From Trichosphaerium sp. ATCC 40318 (lineage: Eukaryota > Protista > Tubulinea): a stretch of 64,000 bases of DNA. The position numbers and the translations under genes were made by a program. The DNA lies in assembly GCA_038496445.1 (NCBI GenBank), contig JALMLS010000035.1, forward strand, positions 46,897-110,896. Direction: 5' to 3'. The notes beneath the pieces are model-generated. The model ran no database searches. It had not been told where the DNA came from and saw nothing but the letters and a program-made list of their open reading frames with translations. How positions within the stretch are numbered: the stretch's first letter is position 1; each line of letters starts with the position of its first letter. Positions 49,349 through 60,699 of this stretch are shown one piece after another.

Positions 49349-50488
49349 ATGCACGCCTGGGACTCCATAACAGACCCTAATGAGATACTACCGAAGCATT
49401 TATACTTGTCTAATGCACGTACTGCGTCCTGCAAAGACACTTTGAAGAAATACAACATAAAATACATTGTAAATACAGCAACAGAGATACCTAACTACCA
49501 TAAAGACGACAATACGTTTGTTTATCTTAATTTACATCTGGAGGCACGTTTTCCAACACAAAATCGCTTTACGCGTCTAAAACGCGTATTGACGCTATAA
49601 CCTAACGATTGCGATGGTTTTTAATATCTCTGCGTCAAACTTCGCCGTTAACGTCTTGCTTTATAGGATGATGAAAACGAAAGCCTAAACAGTCACTTTG
49701 ACAAGGTTTGTGCACTGATTCAAAAAGCTAAGGAAGAAAACGTTGGCGTTCTTGTACATTGCCAAGCTGGGATTTCAAGGTACGCAACAACTGTAGACTT
49801 TTAATAAACAATGTCGTCTATTGATGGCGTAAAACATACCTTCCGATTCGTCGTTGGAGTTCCTGACAAATGATAAGACTGTAATCTTGTTTTGACTTAT
49901 TTGTTTGACTAGATCCTCATCATTTGTTATCGTTTACCTCATGCGCCACAATAATATGAATCTCAAAAAAGCTTACTTACACACATTGGAAAAAAGATCA
50001 CAAATCTCTCCTAACCAAGGTACCATACCATTGACTCTAGAATTTGCATTATATTTTGTGTGAAATTAATGAGTTGTTTTGTGCAACACGTGTAAGAAAG
50101 TGGTCTTGACTGCCTTTTGGCATGTATTAAGCTAGACTTCCGTATACTAAAGGCACTTAATCACGTGATTACTTAGAAATACAACCAAAACAAATTTCAG
50201 AAAAAGTAACACATTCTTTCTCTTTTTTTTTCAACATTACTAAATTCTTGTCACAATAGGCTTTTGGAAACAATTGTGTATCATTGATAAATCACTCTAT
50301 GGTGTTGAGTCTTTCCAGTTGAAGGATTATCACGTGCAATACTTGGTATGTAGTCACTTGATTGTAGTAAACTAACCAGTACGCAGATTGACATGGGCTT
50401 TTCAAGAGATAAAGTAGAAAAAGCGCTTAAAACAAGTCAAGGCAATGTGAATTTGGCGCTAAACGCATTACTTAGTGGACAAATGTAA
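49349..50488 (+). CDS. Atypical dual-specificity phosphatase with C-terminal UBA domain, multi-exon
   Basis: PNEILPKHLYLS, VLVHCQAGISRS, ISPNQGF. UBA: LIDMGFSRDKVEKALKTSQGNVNLALNALL. Confidence 0.9.
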
Positions 50489-50874
50489 AAACAATACTTT
50501 TTGTTCTTTGACATCGCTGTAATAAATACTTTCATATTAACACCACTGTTGTATATTATTCAAACAATATCTACATGTACAAACTGTATTTAACATACCC
50601 ACATGTTAGTCATTACGTCTATCATAAGGCTTACATTGTGATATTAGAAAATTTGTATGTCCATTACATACCAAAAACTATTTGTTGAAATAAAGTCACT
50701 AGGTGGAGCATCATTTGATGATAGTAAAGGTAACAATGCGGTGAATTTACACGAGGAATCTAGTACATTTATTTTGGACTACATTACACTCATTTTGTGC
50801 CATCTAACGACGGGACCAGAAATACGGCACTATATGAAACACATTTTTGATTTCATCAAACAGTTAAGCAGAAA

Positions 50875-53800
50875 TCAGGAGCTTTGGTTTGAACCAAAAT
50901 TAGGGAACATAGAAGAGAAAGAGCCATTGAACAATGAGGAATCATTTCGCTCTTCCAATACAGTAGCATTGGAACCTTGCTGCATATGAGGAGGACTTTG
51001 AGCCTCTTGCCTCTGAGACTGATGAGAGAATAGTCTATTACCAGTACCAGAGAACAGATCATAAGAACTACGATCTGGCTGGGTAGGAGAAGAAGATTGG
51101 CGTATGGAACCAGGTGCTCTACTACAAGAAAAATTAGCAAGGAGACCAAGCGCAGAAAACCAAAGGGTGACACATGTCGTTGGTTTAAACAAAAAAAAAG
51201 TTCGTCTACTTGTACGTACTTTACGTATGGAGCACCTACTCTACCACTGCCAATAGGAGCTGATGGTGGAGAAGAACGGAGGGGCTGTTGGGTAGGTTCT
51301 CGTGAAGGAAAGAAACGGTTTGGGAATGAGAACAATGAGTTCTGGTTAGAATCATCTTGAGGAGGAATATTTGGGCGCTCATGTCCATGACCACGTTGTA
51401 CATTGCCATAAGCTGTTGGTCTATTTGTAATTGCTGACAAACGATCCCAGTGAAGCGGCGAATGGCTAGAAGCACGTTGAAGTCCATCACCAATTGTACC
51501 AACTTGACGAGAGGCTAAAAAGGACGTGAGAGGTTAATACTAAGCAAGTAGCGGTAAGTATCTACTTACCATTAAAAGGATCGAAATCGCCCATTCTGCC
51601 TAAGGCTGGCATTTGCTGAGGGATTCTAATGGGTCTCTGTTCGTGAGCGTTATGATCTACAACATATGGTTCTTGTCCGTATTCTCCATAAGCGTAGCTA
51701 GTAGCTCTGCGCATCGCGGGATTCTCAAGAAGCTGTGGTTGTACATAACCGGAGTTCATTGAACCCAAGTTAACGTCCGGTGAAACACCAAAACCAGTAC
51801 TCTGAGAAACATGTCTCTGAGGTGGGTACGCTTGCGGTTGTTGCTGATAACGTTGAGAGTCTGCGGAGGTATGTAAAGAAGGAGGAGAACGCTCACGTCT
51901 AAGCACATCGGTTAGTGGCGGGTTTTATCGAAAAGGAGTTTTCCACAGTTGTAGTTCCGAATTAGTTGAAGTACCTTGTAGACGCAAATGTTGGCCTTGG
52001 TCCTTCCTCGGAATGCCTCCGAAGCACAGCTACCGGTTCCACCTGAGGATTTTTAGGTTTCTGGGCTTTTGGAGGTTCCCTTCTAGGCTTAACCTTTGGC
52101 TTGAGCTTCTTCGGTGGAGAGCCAGGTGGTGAAGTAGTAGGCTTCTTATCCCTAGACTTTCGCAGCTTCTTAGACTGAACCGAGTTAGATACAGTGGCGG
52201 AAGGTGTAGTAGTAGCCTAAAAACAAACGATAAGTATTCAACGAAGAAAGAAGAAAAAAAAGGTCACCAATCTTTACCTTGGTCAAATCGACAACTTGTC
52301 CTCTCTTTGGTCTTACAACAGACACTGTCGTGTTCTCAGGCTTCTTAGCCACATGTCGCTTTGTCACCTTGGCAACCACAGGAGGTGATGTTACCTTCTT
52401 AGTAATACCTGTCGTAGTTGTAGGCTTTGGCGACCTACGTTCACGCTTCACTGGTTTGGTTGGTAACTGAGCGACTGCTATCTTCTCTATAGACTTGGTA
52501 GTCTCCTTCACTACAGGCTTTACCTTCGGCTTCCTTTGCTTCACTGCACTAACGACCTTGGGCTTACGCCTAACAGGTTGCGCTGTGGACTCTACTTTGG
52601 TATCTGGTTTAGTGCTAACAGCTGGCTTCGATTCTGCCTTTGCGGGGACCTCCTTTGTCACTTGAGGTGATCCACTTGACTTAGTAGCAGACGCCTTGTT
52701 CGATTTCTTGTTGGATGATGATGACTGGTTTTGCTTTTGTTGCTTCTTTGATTTTGTATTCGATGCATTAGGTGGTGAACGTGTTGTACGTTGACGAGGT
52801 TCCTTTGGTATAGCTCGGAGTCTAACATTAGGGTTTTTCTTCTTCGCTTTCTTCAAGGTTTCGACAACAACAGGTCGTTCTATTGGCTCCGGTGTTTTGA
52901 TGTGTAACTTATCTGGTTTGGAAGAAACAAATCGCCGTGGCCCTCTTATACCTCTATTACCCTAGAAACAGTGTAAGAAAAAAAACGGAATAAAAAATTT
53001 GCTTGCTTTTGATGAAGGCTAGCTAATTTACCTTTGAAAGGGGTGTCAAGAACTCATGCAGTACAAAAACTGCCACAAAAAAGAAAACAGCAACAGATCC
53101 CATCATTATTAAGTTATGCATCGAATGACTCCATGGAGGCGCTGAGCGTCCCTAAAAAGAGAATAAATGAGGTTGTACTATAAACTAGTATATTTTGTCA
53201 TAGCATAGAATGAGGGCAAACTAGTCCATAATGACACTTACCATAATGCTCATACATTTAGTCAGCGTTGCAGACGGTGCTTTCAAGAGCAGGTTAAACC
53301 GCTGAACTCCATGTGAAGTAGATACATATAAATCACGCTTCACAAGAGCCTCCGAAAAATCGGGTTTCAAATGAAACGTAATAGATACATTAATGAACTT
53401 TCCAGGAGCCAACGTAAATCCATTACACTGATTAATGGTGTAGCCATAAGCAGAACTAAATATAGCATAAGTACAGCAATAAAAAGCGATATGAGATCGT
53501 CCAACACCATAAGTGATTGGTTTTTCTTTGCGGAAATATTTGAATGACTTGATAACTTACCATTTACCGTTAATGGTGAGTGCTTCTACTGTTAATGGCA
53601 TGTTTCCCAGGTTATGTGCGCGGAATTTATGAACTATATCCACTCCTCTCTTGCGATTACTTGTTCCAACAGTTTGAGTTTCGGTGTCTGGTGAGATACT
53701 ACAAAAGGGGGAAAGTTGTGCTGTTGTCAAGTTAAACAATAGAAACTTTTCTGTTACATCAAATACAAAGTTGCCACTACCACCCTAGAATTACAACATG

Positions 53801-56800
53801 TGAGAATTTAAATTATATGGCAATATGGCGTTAACTACGTACTTCTCCAGAGAGCATAAGAGGTTCCATTATAGTAAGATTGTTCTTTACAAACAATGTC
53901 GCATTAAGCTTATTGTATGTTGAAGGATTATAATAGATCGGTCCAAGAGACGCATTAGCTCGAGGTTGAACAGTTACAACCTGTTTAAAAATACATTAAT
54001 AAGCTTGGCTCGCATAGTAAGGAAAAAAAGGAAGGAAAAGAATTTCACTTATCAATCAACAGAAAAAGTTCAAAAAAAAAAGAAAGAAAGAAATGTACCT
54101 TAGTTGCGCCTGGTACTAAATAAAACGCAGAGCTATTACGAGATGGAAGGTTACAATTATCAGCTTCCTTAAAATCAACCAAACGCGCAGCGATGGGTTT
54201 ATTCGAAGGATTGTATATCCACACTTCCCGAGGAACAGAAGACTCAATCTACAAAAAATAGGTAAACTGTAGTAAAAGAAATCAAAACAAACCTGTGTCA
54301 AGCCAAAATCAATATTCTTATCAACGATAATAGAAGGTTCGGCTAATGCTGCAACTGCTGCAAAGCTACTGTACCCCATGGCTATGTTTGTATTTACAGT
54401 TAGGGTAGCTCTAATATCGCTTTGGCTATCTTCAATATTCTACATAAAGCGCTTAATAAAATAAATCGTGTTCACTGAATCCTGCGTGTCAAAATGAAAA
54501 ATGAAATTACCTTCCATAGTTCTCTACGTTTTTCTAATATATCCAAGTCACTCAATAGCAGGGGATCAGCAACACGTGACAAATCAGTAGTATCTTGAGG
54601 AACCATATCTTCACCAAAATCTTTCTTGTTTGGATCAAACACAAGTGTACCAAGAACACCTGCACAATGTGTTAGTGTTACTCAGAAAATGAGATAAAAT
54701 AGCGCAAGTTATTGACATACTCATGGTGTTAGGTGCTATTGTTGCATTCTCTATTTTTGCAATGAATCTAGGATCCGATGATGTAATAGAAATTACTTTA
54801 ACAGCATTGGAGTATGTAGATGTTACGTTAATACCTACACAAAAACAAGTGAGAAAACTTAACAATACTAGTTTACTGATATCTTACGTTTCGCCTCAGT
54901 TTTACCAGGGAACGCTGGTGGAAAGTGAGTCACAGCTGGATTAATTGTAAGTTCTCCAGCCATGGCTTGGTAATGAACAGAAATAGTCAAATTCTCAAAT
55001 GACGTAGAAATCAGAATAAACCCATCACGTTCCTCCTGTTAATGACGTTAGTTTACCAAAACCACAAAGGATGTTAAAACCTACCTCCTCATCCACTCTC
55101 AATTCTAGAGTAAGTATAGCAGAGTTGCCTGGCGCCAATGAGAAAATATCCGTTTTATCATCACTATCATCAACTGTTGCATCCATGGACGATGTTATTT
55201 CCTGACCACGGCTCCTACTCATTGCGTATCCATTTGAACTCCAAATACTATCAAGTTTCACACGGAGACCAGGTATATCTGTAATAACAGATAATACAGA
55301 GAGAGTTACAGGGTTATGATTTGTAATATTTATCGATTTACTTTGAACATCCCTTACACCTACAAAAACACAAAGAGATGAGTAAAACAACAAAACAAGG
55401 GTTTGGTTTTTTTTGAAATCTTTTCCCGCCTGGAGTATTAATTAAAAGGTGATGTGTACCTGTTACACCATAATCTATCTTATCACGCGGCTCGTCAATG
55501 TGACCAGCAACCGTCCAGTTTAATTTTCCGTGGTAGACGTGAAGAGGAATAGACAATGTTGTAGCATTTGTATAAAAATTCAAAGCAACGCTGTACATCA
55601 TATCTTCCGAATCTGCAGTAAAACCAATAGCCATAGCCTTCCATGTCTCACCAGGACCAACCTAAAGCAATACATCAGAGATAACTCTACGTAACAAATA
55701 GGTGAAGAAATAGAAAAAACAGCATACCAAGGTACTAGACGTGAAATTATGAACAGAAAAATGAGAATCTTCTATTTCGGCTGCATAAAATACTAGAGGC
55801 ACAGAAAACTTGTTTGTAATAACAAGATCTTGATACTTGGTCTCAAAAGGAGGTCCCTCTACCGCAAACGTTGTAGCAGATAAACTATGCCATCAGGTCA
55901 GTATTGAGAATATGAAAAAAGAAGCAAACACCACCAGGTAGAAATAGTTTAATGTAATGATGTTGAGTGGGTTGGGTTTTTTTTTGTTTGAGTACGGGTG
56001 TTGCAAGAACAGCTGACGCACCATCCAATAGAACCTACAACTACCTTGCCTTTATACAGGATTTCCTAGAAACGAAGTATCAGTATAATAGGTCCCCTAC
56101 ACACGATTTCCCGCGTACCATACGCCTATTTATTGGTTGACTGTGGTTTGTCCTTACTATTACTTTACCCCTGAAATCACCCTTAGTTAGCGCTGTATAA
56201 CTCACATTGGCTATCAATTCTTCCTTGCCCGCCGCCAGTAACATTGGTTTAAAATCAATAGATACTGATTTGTCGTCATTTACAAGCGTTTCAAGATGCT
56301 CCAACTAATAGTAAAGTACGTTAGCAACACAGTTGAAATCGTGCACAATTTTTTCACAGAACACAGCTCGCAAAGTAATGGTTGATTACGGAGCTAAAAG
56401 AATCATAAAAACTACAAGCACCTACCATAACATTGCGTTGTCCAGAATTCAATAAGTAAAGCGGAATAGTCTTTGTTTCACCAAGTGACGTTAATGTACC
56501 ATAATCAAACTCTTCGGGCGTACGGTGAATGCCACCTATAGGATCTGTCAATACAAAGGGACAGTGTCGAAACACGTTTAAACCAAAGAGAAAAACTAAA
56601 ACAGAAAAGAAAACATAGCCATAACTGTACCTTGCATAACAACAACCTCCACGTGTATGATCAACTTGTCCTTGTTTGTAATCACATTCACGAAACCCTG
56701 GTATTTACCAGGCACGTGTGGACTATCCGAAGAGAAGTTGACGTTGATGATAGTCTTCTTCTTGCGTGGTGGTATAGTCCACAAAGATTGCAAAGCAGTT

Positions 56801-58616
56801 TCATCAGGTGGTAGAGATAAATGTAAAAACCCTCCTGAAGTGTAAAGCTATTTTTAAATTAACAGTAAGTACTCGTATTACGTAATCTTGGTCTTTTTGA
56901 AAAGCAGAAATTAAAAGGAAAGCATAAAACGCGCTTTCTATAAAATTTTTTTGATTTGTTCACAAACCTCTTCTACTTTAAGCTCTTCTGAGTGCGGGTT
57001 ATATATCTCGATGACAGGGTTGTAAGATCCAGTAACTGGAAGTTTAGCTCCAACAAGAGGCTTTACTTTATACGGATTGCGAATACCGCGCCTATTAATA
57101 ACACATTACGTTAATATAGATATTATGCCAGAATATGCGATCAATAGCAGGAAATAGTAATAGCTCCTTTATCTAGCTCGTAGATGTAACAAGTAAAATA
57201 ATAAAAAGATGACAAAAGCCAACTAAAAAAAAAATTGACAAAAAACTGCTGGCGCTTAGTTTGAGTTCCTATGTGGTATTTTTTTTTTGATGAAGGTGTT
57301 CAAAGCGTACCCTTTTACAGTGTATGTTACGCGACCAATATTGGTTTGTATTACTAACTCTGCGTCTTTGATGCTTCCTATCGATCGCGGTAGAAACACA
57401 ATACGTACACTGGCATTGCCTCCAGGCGGTACAACCTGAGAAAGTATTGAGCAATGCAGTACTAACGGCGGGTTTTTTTTTAATTCTTGGTTAATTGAAC
57501 GTACAGACTGCTTTAAAAACGTCTGATGATGGAAATGCGGGCTGTCAGTACTAATTTGCATCAAATATAAATCTTCTTCCTCTGAAGTATTTATAATCTC
57601 TATATTCTCTACAGCAGGAGTGCATATAGGCCTGTCGAAAAAAAAACGCCATAAGTACAAGACCGAGAATGGATAGTTGGATTGTGGTTCTGAGTATTCT
57701 CTGAAATCTCAATTTTGTTCGTTGTAGTAATTCAATTGCGAACCTACACACGCCAATGCGTTGGACAGCGAGGTTTTTATAAAATTATGTAATAATTCTT
57801 TTTTGATTTTTTTTTTTGTAGTCTTTGAAAACGTATTCTGTACCTCTCTTTAAAATCAAGTTCAGCTGGTTCTATGCGTATGAATACATCTGATGGAAAC
57901 TGTTTGGCATTGTTACCAAGCTCACGCGGTTTAATAGGCCTGCTATAAGTGGGGGTGAGGCTATTTTTTTTTTTTATTTGATTTAAAAAAAGTGACGTTG
58001 ACAGGTCATAAAAGGACATACCCAGCCTTTGGAAATTCTTTAATGATGTCCACGGTGATGGTGGACGTTGTAGAAGCGGTAGCCTAGCAAGGTTTTTCAG
58101 TAAAGCCAAGATCAGCGAAGAAGGAAGGTTTCTAGTTTGCTTTTTTTTGTTTATTGTTGTTTTTTTTTTTTTTTTTTCGTACCTTGGGCTGTTGTTTGTT
58201 CACCCTGCGTGTTAGCGGTACAGGACCAGAATTCGCATCTTCCAGAATGTAGTGATTATGAAGAGAAAGTGTGGTCTCCTCTATATTACGCGCAACATAT
58301 TAGTAATCAAAAGATGGACAAATTGGAACCAAAAAAGAGTGTTTAAACGAAAGAACCATCGATAAAAAAGGAGGGTTTGTTGGGTTCTTTCGGCAATTTA
58401 TACTGAACAACCGACATCATACAGCGTATTAGCTCTGTATTTCATTGTTACTGGTATACACAACACGCCCTCCGCTAATTTAAACAAAATGAGGTTTTTT
58501 AGCTTACCAGACCAACCTATAGATCCCACTTCTCCGTTTACGTTGTCTATGCACGAAATCGTGGCAATAAAGAGGCCAAGAAGAATGGCCCCATACAGAG
58601 TTGCACAGCATGTCAT
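50875..58616 (-). CDS. TMEM131: TMEM131-family protein, multi-exon
   Basis: Signal peptide. IEPAELDF..IVFLPR..GIRNPYKVKPL..IEIYNPHSEELKV..GGFLHLSLP..LWTIPP. Tandem Ig-like PapD/ASH-type domains, VRNNLT motif, TM helix, Lys/Pro/Ser-rich tail. Confidence 0.85.
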
Positions 58617-59250
58617 CGGGCAAAACCTATTTGGATTATTGGTTTTTTGACGTGCTGCGTTCAACTATTGATGGTATTTTTTTTTTTTTCTGGTTAGGCC
58701 GATTTCTGAAAAGAACCGAACTTAAAAACACCTACAAAATGTATGCATTTTCAGAGCACTAAACGAACGTATATGCAAATACTACGGACAGGCAAAAGAG
58801 GCTGCATACTTTCAAGTTTATGCCAAAAAAAAAAAAGTCCGGAATGCAATCAGCGGACTTGTGCGTTTAACCTAGATATCGAAGGAATAACTTGCGTTTA
58901 TTAGCGTGACGAAGTCAGATATTCGAGAGTTACACTTGTTTGTACTTAATAAAATTATTATCGTACAGCATGTGCAAAACTGCGTTTTTTAGTGTGCAAG
59001 CTATTGTTCGCTACAGCAAACACGCAATACAACTAGCACGTTCGCCATAACTGGCTGCGAACCAAAAAAAAAACCGTTACTTTAATTGGCCCTTGATCAA
59101 TATCGAACGTAGTAGTTACGCTCGTTGAAGCTTAACTCTTTTTGTCTTCTCTGGAGTTTTTGTTATAAAAAAAAAACAGTATTTGGTTCAAGAAAGCCCT
59201 TAAGCGCCGTAGTTAGCTTGAACGCGTACTTGTGTGTACAATCTCGTAGC

Positions 59251-60560
59251 ATGGAGGTACTGCAAGGTATTGGTCTAGTTCTAACTGAACTGGTAACAGC
59301 AGGGCCAGCAGCAGTGTTTGCTTCGCGTTCTACTCCAGAAGACCTAGGTACGTCCTTTTTCTGAATACACAGCGTCACCCTTTGGGCTTTGTGTCTGTTT
59401 TAAAATGAAAATTTAATTCTGACGTCTACTGCTGCTCTTCGTTTAAAAGCCAACATCTCTCTAGGCGATATAGATGCAAAATTTAACAAATGTTGTCAAT
59501 TCGTCAGCGAAAACACAATGGCGCTCATGTACACATCGGAGGAAGATTTGTTGTGCGTATACGCCCTCTACAAGCAAGCTTCAGAAGGTCCTTGTCCAAC
59601 AAGTTATTGGTGGTCACTCACAGGCATATGGGACGTATCATACTTCATAAAACAGTACGTTTTACAAACAATGGGGTTGGCGCAACGTATTTTTCTTTTG
59701 TTGGTGAAAATAATAATTATTTGTTTAAAAATCAAACGTCACATTCGTGGTCTCATGCTTATAATGAACCAAGGAAGGCATGGCGAAGCTTAGGAAATAT
59801 GGAGAATGACATAGCCAAGTATCACTACGTCCAGTACTTTGAAGATAATATGCCAGGGTGGGAAGACGCTTTAGAAGATAAAGGATCAAATTCTTTGTTC
59901 AGTAGAATGGAAGAAGAAGAGTGCGTTGTTTTTAAAAAAAAACCCAGCTGTCAAATCAAAACAAACAAAAATTGGACAACTTTTCTTTCAAACACTAATA
60001 CGTATTCTTCCCTAGCACTGCTCCATCTACTAGCCTTTTCGATTTTGCACGTGATGGCACATTAGAACCCCTCAAACAGTTAATAAAAATGGGAGCAGAT
60101 GTAAATGAAAAAGATGAAATGGAAATGACGGCATTACATTGGGCGGCTGACAGGTAAGTAATCAAAAGAAACCATCGCGCTTTGTACCAACTGAATGCCA
60201 CAGGGGATCTTTGCCTGTTGTCAAAGAGTTAATAAGCGCGGGTGCTACTGTAAATGCCCAGGTGAGAGAATTTTTTTGTGTTTTTTTTTGATATCCAACA
60301 CATGACATGTCAAGTAAATATTTGGCCACACATTATTAACTTGTCTTCAACTCGCTAGGACGACTGTAAACAAACCCCATTGCATGTAGCTTACGCTCAA
60401 GGAGACGAACGCCAAGACATTATTGCCTATCTTATAGAACATGGAGCAGATGAAACTATGGAGGACGAAGAAGGTGCCATATTATAACACAACTGCATAA
60501 AAAATAAAAATTAATGTGTTCTTAGGCAAAATTCCAAAGGATATGATGAACGACCAGTAA
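59251..60560 (+). CDS. Acyl-CoA-binding protein with ankyrin repeats (ACBD6-like), multi-exon
   Basis: LLCVYALYKQASEGPC..KAWRSLGNM..AKYHYV, followed by MTALHWAADRG and QTPLHVA. Confidence 0.88.
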
Positions 60561-60699
60561 TTGTATTTTACACCCAATCCGTACAAGGCACACTACAAAA
60601 ATCCAAAAAAAAAAAAAAAAAGGTTTGTCTCCTCTTACGCTCTAATTTGTAAATAAAACAACGAATACGCTACAAGCCTGTATTTGTAATCATTTCTGA

